From the NCBI GenBank assembly GCA_002189035.1, contig CM007991.1, positions 3,100,001 through 3,164,000 on the forward strand: 64,000 bases of DNA, given 5' to 3'. The number at the start of each line of letters is the position of its first letter. The stretch's first letter is position 1. This document shows positions 1 to 10,827 of the stretch, in pieces. A program made the position numbers and the translations under genes. The notes beneath the pieces are model-generated. The model searched no databases. It was not told the DNA's origin and worked only from the letters and a program-made list of their open reading frames with translations. The stretch is from Utricularia gibba. Its lineage: Eukaryota; Plantae; Magnoliophyta.

Positions 1-53
1 CCTTGCTACATGAAGATGTTTGGACTAAACCATGATTTGATAACCCACTGCAG

Positions 54-971
54 GTTGTTGATATCATTAGTTCTCATCCACAGCACGATGTGATTATTGC
101 AATCGACTCATTGGGTAAAGAAGATCTGCTGCTCTACATATCCCAAACACTGAGCATCAAGGTACAGTTCACTTGATGACCCACATGGCTCTGTGATTGA
201 GATAGGAGCGTTGGTTGGATTTTAAATTTAGATTTCATTATTTTATTCCCTTGCATCTTGCGTTTTTATATTGGTGCTGGATGTGATGTGAACTGTCCCT
301 TTACAGATCTGCGTGTGGCCAGAAAGACTCCAAATCATGCATCTTCTGGGATTTTTTAAGAACTTCACTACGCAGACCTCTGTTACAAGAGTTCGAGCCG
401 TTCCTCGTTATAGTTTCAGCATCGACACTCTTGAAGGACTGAACGCCCACCATCCAACCATTGGAATTATGCCATCAGGTCTTGCATTGGCAACAAAAGA
501 AATGAATGAAAATGGAGTTGTTTTTGGCTCCTCTCCCTCTACATCTCGTCCAAACAAAAGAGCTACATCTGGTACCAAACATACTCCTATCCTCTCCAAG
601 GAGCCTGATTCTGGTGGTGATCCTCCCATGAATGTCAGAAGATACCATGAACACATCTACGTAGTTCCATATTCAAATCACAGTTGCTTTTCAGAGATAC
701 AAGAGTTCATTCAGCTTCTCCGGCCTATCAAGATCAGAGGGATAGTATCCTCTTCCTCATGCTACATAGATCCCAGTTACCACTTGGGACATTTGCTCCG
801 GGGTACTCAAGACTCCCCCAACACCAACAAACAAAGACAGGAAACGGGTGTCCCGAGAAGTCAGCTCCAGTAGGAAGGAAAAGAAAGATACTTGATTTCT
901 TGGGTGTTCGCGCAAGTCGAGTAAGCTTGCTCAGGAGATTGAGCCATGGTGCCAGACTCACAGGTACTTGA
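54..971 (+). CDS. DNA cross-link repair SNM1B/Apollo-like metallo-beta-lactamase/beta-CASP nuclease, 3' part (5' end outside window)
   Basis: Exon ~54-161 reads VVDIISSHPQHDVIIAIDSLGKEDLL. The exon from ~307 reads VWPERLQIMHLLG...IMPSGL...HIYVVPYSNHSCFSEIQEFIQLLRP (beta-CASP/DRMBL motifs). The basic C-terminal tail (GRKRKILDFLGVRASRVSLLRRL, ends 971) is in a different frame, implying a -1 frameshift, probably in the C-run at 815-819. Confidence 0.85.
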
Positions 972-1856
972 CATACTTCCGTCTTCTGGCATTAGCACAC
1001 ACAGCCCCTGCCCACGTGTACACCATCTAGACTACCACTGTTTTTTTAACTATTAAGACTTCAAAGCAACACACCAGAATGGGCAGTCCTATCCTACAAC
1101 CTTTAAATGTTGTCGTCACACCATCAAAGTCTGTGATAATGTTTCTCCATGCCCATCAATGATGAGATGGGGTAGGACAGCACATTCATATTAAAATTTA
1201 AGGCCACCATGCACATTCAGGTAAAAAGATTAATATGAAATTGATCCTTTTTTTCACCCACAAATATCATGACATGATTATTTTTCTAAATGGTCTTGTG
1301 TTTTCTTTTCCATGGTGTTTGTCTATATGTTGATATGTTGGGTCAACTTACAAAAATAACTGTGGGCAAAAATCGTTTATAGAATGGTCCATCCTTTTCT
1401 TTTTTTAATATGCCAATAATGATGTTTTGAATGTTCTGCATATGGTTTCTTTGACTATAAAGTTTGTTTCTATGGATGAAACACCAGTAATAGTTTGTTG
1501 CTATTTGGATGGTGATAATAAAATGCATGTCAGTAAAAAAAATTGTTCAATTTAGAATTATATTTTATTGAAATTTTTCAATTTTATGTTAGATTTATAT
1601 TTATAGCAACTTAAAATTAAATACAAATATTTAGATACAATATAAAAAGAGTAGGATGGTGGTTAACTGATTTGTGGGTGGGGGTATTTTTGTAAATTGC
1701 AACTACAGAGTGTGTATTTGTGTACCTACTGGTGATCTTCAATCCGAATCGGTGTAGGCAGTCAGTCTCGTCGTGGACCCTCCCCCACCCCCTGCACTTG
1801 CAGTGGTCGGTTTTCTCTTCATTCTTCTTCACTCCACTCCGGGATCTTCATTCACA

Positions 1857-3276
1857 ATGGCGACGCTGCTGGAAGAGTTTCAGGTGGCGCCGCCGCCGGG
1901 CACCGCCGAAGAGGTACGCCTGCCCCTAACCTTGTTTGATCTGCCCTGGGTCCCTTTCACCCCATCCGGCGTCTTCTCTTCTACGAGATAAGCCCTTGTT
2001 CCAAGGATCATTTCCTCGCCACCATCGTCCCCAAACTCCGGGAATCACTGTCCTTGGCCCTCAAGCACTATTCTCCCCTCGCCGGGAAATTTTTGTACCC
2101 TAGTAACTCCGACACCTGGCCCCTTCTCCGTTTCCTTCCAGAGGACTATGTCCCTTTCTCAGTCTTCGAATCCGATAAGGATTTCGATTCTCTCGTCGGG
2201 GATTTCCCTAGAGATGCCGATCTCCTTTATGACTTCATCCCTCAGATGCCCCGGCGATACAGAACTCCGACTGTAAGTTGCTTCAGGTGTTGGCGATTCA
2301 GGTAACACTTTTTCAGGGGCGTGGGATATGCATCGGCGCCGCTAATCACCACGCCGCCAGCGATGCAACTTCCATAATCGGGTTTTTTAAGTCCTGGGCT
2401 TCCATCAGCAATCTCGGAGGAGATGACCAACTCCCTAAACCAGTGTTGGACAGGTCTGTGATAAAAGACCCCGGTGATATAGCTTCCAAAATTTGGAACC
2501 AGATAGTGAATTTTCCAACTGTACCCGGCGGAAAAGAGTTACCGACTGGAAGAGTCCGGGCAACTTACAGATTCAGCCAGTTGGATATCAAAAAACTCAA
2601 GGATTCGGTTCTTGAAAAGGATCCAGTTTTCCCTCACCTCTCCTCCTTCGTTGTAGTGGCTGCATACATCTGGAGTTATTTCGCGAAATCCCTGGACCAG
2701 GATGAGGAAATCAATCATATTAACTACGAGGACGATGACCCGGACTTTTTCCTATTCGCAGCTGACTGCAGATCCCGCGTAGACCCCCCTATCCCCGAAA
2801 ACTACTTGGGCAACTGTGTATCTTACGGCCTGGCGCAGGTTCCACACGCCGATCTGATCGGTGACGGAGGTTTCTTCGCGGCGGCGCAGGCCATAGCCTC
2901 CCAGATAAAAAACAAGCTGAGTCAGAAAGACAAAGTCTTGAGCGGATACGAGAATTCAGGCGCAGAAATAGGAACGGCTGCTCAGAAACGATTTCTCTCC
3001 GTCGCGGGATCCGCTAGGGTTGACATTTACGGGCTGGATTTCGGGTGGGGTGGACCTGTGAAATACGAATCCCCATCCATCGATCAAGACAGGTACGCCT
3101 TCTCCCTCTGCAGAGCCCCCGACGGAGGCCTCGAACTCGGACTCTCATTGCCGGCGACCAAAATGGCGGCAATCGCCGGGAGAATCGGTGGTGGGGGAGC
3201 ATCCGCATTTCCCCTTCCCCATAGCGACCGACCAACATTTCACGTCAACGGACTTTGTTGGGCCCACCGTGAATAA
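1857..3276 (+). CDS. BAHD acyltransferase, clade I (anthocyanin/phenolic glucoside acyl- or malonyltransferase-like), copy 1; two apparent -1 frameshifts
   Basis: ATG at 1857 (MATLLEEFQVAPPPG). Motifs: HXXXD (HHAASD), YLGNC, DFGWG. Split over three ORFs (1773-1991, 2054-2305, 2278-3276). Alignment to copy 2 restores the frame by adding one C at the C-runs 1952-1954 and 2249-2252. Intronless. Confidence 0.9.
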
Positions 3277-3897
3277 TGTCTCAGGCCCACCGCGAACGTG
3301 GGCCTCGCTTTCAATTCCAGGTAACGTCGCTGCGTAAATTCCAGAACAACTCGTGTTTCCGGTACTCTTCTCTACATAATAAATGGGAGCAATTTATATA
3401 CAAATAATCTCAAGTGTACACTGTTGCCCTCAAAAAAGGAAATGTTCGTTTTGCCGGTGCTGCCCGACCCCACTCCTGCTGATGTGTCCGGGCCCACTTT
3501 AACCGACACGCTGTGTGGGTCCAAAATAGTATCCAAATGCAAGAGCTTCATTTCATCTAAACAAAGAAAGATCGAGGTAGAATAATATTAATTGAATTAA
3601 ATTCGATATAATAATGATTAAAAGGTAATTAACAATTTTTTTATCATTGGAAATATTATATTAAAAAAAAGTGATTCTTATGGGCCCCGTTTGGTTACTA
3701 AAGTCAATGCCGTTTTAGTCAACGAAACCTTTAAATTAGTTTAATTTTTTTGAAATAGCTCATTATTCTGGGCCACTTGGCCCAATAGCAGGCGTTGAAA
3801 GCCCGTTTCTTCATCCTTATCCATTTGGTAGCCTCGGTTACCAATCATTTCCGTCTGGAGGAATTTCAGGTGGAGATTGTGGTAGCCTGGCTTGATC

Positions 3898-5246
3898 ATG
3901 GTGGCGGCTCTGCTGGAAGAATTTCAGGTGGCTCCGCCGCCGGGCACCGTCCAAGAGCTATGCCTGCAGTTAAGTTTCTTCGATGTCATCTGGTTGCATT
4001 TTCATCCCATTCGTCGCCTTTTGTTCTATGAGCTAAATGGGTGTTCCAAGGACGATTTCATTGCCAGCTACATCCCCAAACTCCGGGCGTCACTGTGCCT
4101 GGCCCTCAAGCACTATCCACCCCTCGCCGGGAAAATTGTGTACCCTAATAACTCCGACACCAAGCCCATTCTCCGATTCCTTCCGGAGGAGGACTATGTC
4201 ACTTTCTCAGTCTTCGAGTCCGACAAGGATTTCGATTCTCTAGTTGGGAATTGCCCTAGAGACTCCGATCTGTTTTGCGATTTCATCCCTGAGATGCCTC
4301 CGGCGATAGAGAAGTCTGACTGTAAGGTGCTTCACTTGTTAGCGATTAAGGTGACACTTTTTCAGGGGCGAGGGATATGCATCGGAGTCGCTAATCACCA
4401 CGCCGCTGGCGATGCAACTTCGGTGGTCGCGTTTTTGAAATCCTGGGCGAACATCAGCAACCTCGGAGGAGATGAAAACCTCCCCATCAAACCGATTCTT
4501 GACAAACCCCTGTTGAAGGATTCACAAGACACGGTTCAGATATTTCTGAATCAGTTGAAGTACTTTCCACGTCAAATGGGTGAGGTTCATCTTCCGACGG
4601 GAAGAGTCCGAGCAACTTACCATTTCAGCCAATCGGACATCAAGAAGCTCAAGGACTCGATTCTTAATAGAAGCCCGACTTTTCCTCACCTTTCCTCGTT
4701 CGTGGTCACAGCTGCCTCTGTGTGGACCTGCTTTGCAAAAACCCTAGCCCAGGAATCCGATGAAGAAATCCAAGAATCGGAGCCGGAGTTCTTCGTCTTC
4801 GCAGTAGATTGCCGATCCCGATTGGATCCGCCGCTGCCTGACAACTACTTCGGCAACTACGTAGGATACGGCAAGGCGATGGTTCCTCACATCGACCTGG
4901 TGGGAGACGAAGGGTTCTTCAAGGCGGCAGAGGCCATCGCTGCAGATATAAGAAACAGGATAAACGTCAGGGGGAAGATCCTCGAAGGTCGCGAGAACTG
5001 GTTGACGGTGTTATCAGAGGTTGTTGGAAAACGGCATCTGTCGGTGGCCGGCTCTGCAAAGGTGGATCTTTACGGGTTAGACTTTGGGCGGGGAGGGCCC
5101 GTGAAGGCTGAGTCGCCGTCAATCGATCAGGACAGATACTCCTTCTCCCTCTGCAGAGATTCCGATGGAGGTCTGGAGGTTGGCGTGTCGCTGCCCCCAC
5201 GAAAATGGCCGTCTTTGATGCCATTTTCGCCACCCAGAAATTCTGA
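3898..5246 (+). CDS. BAHD acyltransferase, clade I, copy 2 (tandem paralog)
   Basis: ATG at 3898 (MVAALLEEFQVAPPPG). Motifs: HHAAGD, YFGNY, DFGRG. Adding one C at 5194-5198 gives a family-like end (LPPTKMAVFDAIFATQKF*, stop 5244-5246) in place of the ORF-track tail ending at 5304. Confidence 0.92.
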
Positions 5247-6746
5247 ATTGATGGTTTCAAGTATTTTGATTAAAAAAACCTTATTTCCATTCATAAACCA
5301 CTAGTTATGTCAAAAGACAAATGTAGTTGATGGAGAGAAACAGAGCACAGGAAAACAAAGTAGAGCTTACAAGTATGAGATGGAGAATCCAAATTCAACC
5401 ATGTCTCTTCTTCATTGAAGAGGATGGGACCTAAGCATAATGAAACAGGCAACAAGTTTGAAATATCACTGAAGGAAGCACACGGTTGATTCTCATAATC
5501 TGCAATGGTGATTCATTCTCCAGAAGCAATTGAGGGACTTGGGAACTGCTGCTCATAGAGTTTCATGTTTCAAAACAGAAACAAAAGCATGAAGATGCTC
5601 TCTTCCTAAGGCAGAAAACACACTGATCTCAAAAGGAAATGCATCAGGATGTGAACTTATACTCCCTAGCAGTGCGGATCCACCAAGATGGTTCCCCTGC
5701 AAAGGAGGGACTTGGCTTCTAGCCAAGTGTTATACTGCCCGACAAAAGCATCATAGGCAGAATTCAGTGACTTGGGATTTGATCAGCTGTCATTTAAAAA
5801 GCTTTAGCATGGTTAACATAGAGGGGGGAAGAAAGAATATAATAAGTTGCTCAGTTATATCAACAGCTCTATCATTCAAGAATTCTCTGAAGCAGAACTG
5901 GCATCAGCCGTGAGTAATCATCGTAGTAGACAGAACAGGGTTACACCAAAGAACTAGAGTCTATTGGCTAATATCCAGATATTCAACCATAATCCTTTAA
6001 TGCTTCATAGATTGCACAGTGCAGACCTCTGAAGCACGGATGATAAATAAATCATGGCCAATTCAACAGCCTTCAGATGAACAATGAAAATTCAAAGATC
6101 GTGATTTTACAGATATTGCGGATATCTTTAGAGGTAAAACCACTGTGAAAGAAAGAGGTTAACCCCCACGCCAGAACCCGCATCAGATCTTTGCCTCCAT
6201 GACTAGCCCATTTCCCATTGCATAACCTGATCGAGAAATAGCTAAAGGTGTGGAGAGGCAACAGCAGGCAAATCAACGGAAGAGATGATGATAATCAAGA
6301 ACTCGATCGCTTTATAAACAAATGCACAGAAGATAATGCCACATTCAAGGTGGCTTCAGTGAAGCCATGAACCGTCGAACTACATGCTTCAGAGCGCGAT
6401 CTCCACATGACGCTAAAGCAATGGACGAGACGACTGCCGAGCAAAGCCGATGCTACTAGGGTTTGATTACGAATTCCGGCGTACCCCAGGGCTCTGCTGC
6501 GTACCGAACCTGCGCCTGGGCTGCACTCTCTCTTCTAGAAACTAAATATTAAAAAATGGCATCATTTTCAATTCCTTTATTATCATATTTTCACTTTTTA
6601 ATACGTTTTAAAAACATAAAATAACAAAAAAAAAAAAGGAAAAGGAAGTTGCAGTAAGAATGTTACAGCATAGTAGTAGCAGTGCTTGTGCTTGATGATG
6701 AAGATATTATTTTGACAGTGAAGCGGGAGCTCCTGATGTTCATGTA

Positions 6747-7646
6747 TCAGTCACTCGATTCTCTTGCTCTTCTTCTGACTGATCTCTTTCTCCTTCCACC
6801 AGCCCTTCTCTTGGATGCTCCCCTCTTTCTGTTTCCTTTGTCACTGATATTCTCTAGCTTTCTTTTCACCATCTTGATTTCAGCGTTTAGACCTTCATTT
6901 CTAGTCACGGTCTCTGACTCAGTTGCTGCACCCTCCTTCGTTTGCTCCCCTGGGAATGAAGGAGTTCTGTTTTCTGTTTCATCGCTGATCCCATGATCAC
7001 TTGTGGGTGATGAAGGCGTTGAGTTTGTAAATGAATCTGCAGCTGCAGCGGCATCTTCACTTGGTTTTTTAGTCATAGCAAGATGAACCTGGAGACTGTT
7101 CTTCAAGTCTTCGATCTCTGCTTCTTTAGCCCTCATCACTTGTTCCAGAGCTCTGACTTTGGATGCCTCGTCCTCAACTTGAGCATATCTCTCTCTTAGT
7201 GCCATGAAATCCCTTTGCTTTTCCTCTAGAGCTGATCGAGCAGCCACAATATCGTCCCGGAGAGTGGATATTGTTACCTGCATTTCGGCAAACCTCCCCT
7301 CACGTTCGATGTTGTGAGCTTCCAGCTTGCTTGCCTCCAGCTTCAAATCCCCGTTCAGTCCCTCCACTTCCTTCACATGCTCTCTTTCTTCCTGCAAGTA
7401 ACAAACAGAAGGATGACAGACAGCTTATGTTCCGTTCCAGTCCTGGTAATATCTTGAATTCACCGGAATATCAACAACCTCCAACAGGAGTTGAAGGGAG
7501 ATGTTCTGGTTGTAGAGGATCATGATCCCAATCATGGAGACCACGAATCCCATGAGAAGCACAACTTCAGCTAAGAACAGGAGCCTCCCCTTCATTCTGC
7601 TTCTTGATTGACCACCACCCTTCACCAATCCGTCTGTCATTCGCAT
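6747..7646 (-). CDS. Uncharacterised plant protein with N-terminal transmembrane anchor, coiled coil and basic C-terminal tail
   Basis: Exon 1 (7646-7479) encodes a hydrophobic segment ending ISLQLLLE. A phase-0 GT-AG intron spans 7478-7392. Exon 2 (7391-6747) encodes EEREHVKEV..., a heptad-rich region and a K/R-rich tail. The start codon is uncertain. Confidence 0.7.
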
Positions 7647-8286
7647 ACCTTCTTGTGAAGCAAATTATGTGCTGCCAGCCCTTTATAAGGCTCTATTCAT
7701 TTGCCATGAGTGGACTTCCGGCTCCGTATGCCAAGTAGAAGAACATCGATCCCATACCGAGCAATAGAAAGCATCCCACTGGTATGCTCTTATGACAAGA
7801 ATGGTCCAAACGGTGAATATCTAAACTCAATCAAGGAGGGAATCAGTGTCTTTAAGTTTCCCAAAGAAGACGCACGTATACAGTGTCCCTGCTATGGTAA
7901 TAAAAGGGCTACTAGTAGATGCATATATTTACAGGCGCTGGCGTAGAGAAATAAAAGAGAGCATGGAAGTTGATGCATGGTAGAGTATAGGGAGCGGCGC
8001 AGTCTGTACTTTTTAAGGTTTTAACATCAATTTTCCTTCCACTGTGGTGACTATGGAATTATCTGATGTTGACTAACGTACCTCAATTCATGATGCGCCA
8101 CAGAGGAAGATGATGGCTGGTTTCCTCTGTGAAATGTCGAGTATAGTGCAGGCGAAGCCTGTATCATTTGTGGAGGACCGTGCTAGGGGGTAATGCAGAG
8201 TTAAAATATTGTTAAGCAAAAGGCATCAAGATGAACAAAATCGATGAGCATTCGCAATTTACAAAGGAGTAGATAACTGTCACTGC

Positions 8287-10586
8287 TTAATCTCGTCTTC
8301 CATAGTTTCCTCTGCCTCCTCTATAATGATGCCGTCCTGCTCCACCATGGCCTCTTCGCCCACCACCACGGCCTTGCCGTATTTGAGGGCTACTGCTACC
8401 TGAAGGGATTGGAGATGGTTGGAAATTGGATACCCCAGTCTGAAGAGGTGGTGGTGGTTGGAGTGATTGTACGCCCATTTGGAATTGCAGCATGCTCAGC
8501 ACATGTGGATCCAAACCGGCAACCGGCCATGATTGTAGAAAGGCTTGATTTGCACTTGGATTCGGCTGCAACCCCACGTTGTTCAAGTTTAGAGGCATGG
8601 TGGGCATGATGCCAATCTGCTGCTGGATTGGTAAGCTGCTCTGCATGGGGAACTGGAAAGTTGGCCGAGGCTGATTCTGGTGCATCCAAAGGATACCATT
8701 CCCCAGCACTCCGGGAAAGCTGGGATTTTGTGGGGAAGGAAAACATTGGTTCCAAATTCCGGCATTGTTTGGGGGTAGAGAAACCATGTGCTGATTGAAA
8801 ACAGGGGAGCTTGTGGTGACAGCAGGGGACGAATGTGCTTTTTGATCAACTGGCTCTCTCTGACCGGAATGTGCTTTTTGATCAACTGGCTCTCTCTGAC
8901 CACCAAGAGAGGCTTGATTTCGGTTCCAGTCCTTCCCACGGTTCATGGGACGCTTTCTCTCCTTCCCTTTGTTTTCAGGCTTGGATTCATATGCTTCCCT
9001 TTTCTTCATTTTTTGCATTCTCCTATACTCCGCCTCCTTCTCATCATCTGAAAATTCTACCTCGTCTGAGATCTCCTCATCATTTTCACCAGAGGCATCA
9101 TATCCCTTCTGGTAAAGGTTCTTGCCATTAAGCACATGATCCGCAAATTCTTCTGCAAAAGAGATTGCTGTGCCTTGCCCAATTCCAGAGGGCACTTCCG
9201 CATCTGAGTTGAACCTCACTACATAATACGGGTTCTTTACTGGCCCAAAAATCTCATCAACAATCCCAAGTGGCAATCTTGTTTCGTTTATCCACAGAAT
9301 AGAGCCCTCGCTGAGAGGATTGTGCTTCTCAACTCCTTCTACAATCACTCGTGAACCAATTATCTGTAGAACAGAAAAATCGGACAGTCAGATTGGTTTC
9401 CCTCACAGAAATGAACTGGTTGACCAACCAGTTTTGCTTTTACAGGCATTACGAATTAACTTGCACCCCTTTCAATCTGCAAGGAAATGAATGCACTCAC
9501 CGACAGGATCGTGCCGACAGGAGCTGTCTGATGATGAGGTTGCAAGGATACGGTAACAGGAGGAACCGGAAGATGAATCGCCTGCTCATGCAAAAAAGAT
9601 TAGCACTTTGTTGCATTCTATACCATCAAATTTTAGCAAGTGATTAGATGTTCAATTCATAGTAGACGACAAACAAAACAGAAAACATCTTCAGGTACCT
9701 CGATCTCATTCTTAGATCTTATGGGTCCTGCGCCCCTCCCTTCACCGTCACCCTCTTCAGCGTCTTCAGTATCACTCCAAGAAATCATTTTTTCTGCTTC
9801 CTGTACCATAATTTCACCTTCTTCTGTTTCAGTCTCTTCTTCAAGAGTTCCTTCGCCAATGTCCACCTTCCTTGTCCCTCTAGCTACACGGTCAACCTCT
9901 TTATCCTCTGAATCACTGCTATCAGAAGACAAAGAACTAGATGATGTAGACGAAGGAGTCCCATCGGTCTCATCATCATCATTATCGCCATTGCTCTCCA
10001 ATGATTTTTCTGCAGTACCCGTCACACTGGCTCTAACAGCATTCCCATTCACAGTATCTGCACCGTTCAAGCACCCCTCGCCACTATGCTCATGTTCATT
10101 CACCATGCATGCGTTCTCCGCGCGATCTAAACCCTCTGGCAACCTCGGTACTCCATCTAAACTGACGTTTTCCATCCCCTTTTCAATCAAAATCCCAAAA
10201 TTCTTCAACTTTTCATCTGCGTCTCCAATTGTTTCACTGTCCATGTGAAAACTGTTCACAACGGTAGTAGCTTTTCCATCTTCTCCGCTCTCTGCCATAC
10301 AAATTCCATCAGCAACTTCACATTTATCATCAAAATTATCCTTCCCAACCTCACCGAAACGCAGAACAGCGCCGTCGCTCAAACCAGTGTAGTCTTTAAA
10401 CCAACTCTCGATGGATTCAAAATCAGGCAAACAGGAGAAGTTTTCAAGCTCCTGAAAACAGGGGTCAAGCGTGTCCGCTACAGGAGCAGATGGACTCTTG
10501 GACTGCGATATCGGATGAGTTGCAGCGTTCTCCGCATCCTCCGCCGCAGCTCCTTCAACGGCGGGAACCCGCGATAACCCCACCAT
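8287..10586 (-). CDS. NAF1: H/ACA ribonucleoprotein complex non-core subunit NAF1
   Basis: Acidic/Ser-rich N-terminus, then GPIRSKNEIE|..LPVPPVTVSLQPHHQTAPVGTILS|IIGSRVIVEGVEKHNPLSEGSILWINETRLPLGIVDEIFGPVKNPYYVVRFN (Gar1/Naf1 domain), YDASGENDEE and an RGG tail. Three exons with GT-AG introns. Confidence 0.95.
8831..8901. repeat. 36-bp tandem duplication inside NAF1 CDS (GQREPVDQKAHS x2)
   Basis: gaatgtgctttttgatcaactggctctctctgacc occurs at 8831 and again at 8867. Confidence 0.95.
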
Positions 10587-10676
10587 TCTCAGTCTCCAAT
10601 AAACCTGACGGCATGGCTCCAAGAAGAAGGCGCGAATATACTTATAGCAGGCGACACGGAAACTCGCGGCCCCTGA

Positions 10677-10827
10677 AAACCCTAATCCCTAAGCGCGCAA
10701 CTTCATCCTTTTAATAAACTCTATCCACGCATCGCAGGGAAAGTGGGCTTCTTCCTTCATATAGTAAATGGGCCTCCCATATAAGCCCATCATAAGATCC
10801 AAAACACCCCTCCCCTTGCTGGCCCAG
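10677..10827 (-). promoter_or_regulatory. Telo-box plus site II motifs upstream of NAF1
   Basis: AAACCCTAA at 10677; TGGGCT at 10744, TGGGCC at 10769, AGCCCA at 10784, GGCCCA at 10821. This combination is typical of plant ribosome-biogenesis gene promoters. Confidence 0.65.

Noticed and set aside
1857-5246. Specialised-metabolite biosynthetic gene cluster around the BAHD pair
   Set aside because: Neighbouring genes are DNA repair, RNP assembly and trafficking genes; no other tailoring or scaffold enzymes are present.
6455-6470. AAACCCTA as a possible telomerase RNA template
   Set aside because: Only a single telo-box, with no 1.5-repeat template and no USE/TATA Pol III promoter seen.
7710-7946. 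78-aa plus-strand ORF between NAF1 and the TM/coiled-coil gene
   Set aside because: Non-ATG start and no family resemblance on either strand.
9640-10248. 202-aa Ser-rich ORF on the plus strand
   Set aside because: It is the antisense shadow of the acidic NAF1 exon 1 and has no independent family motifs.
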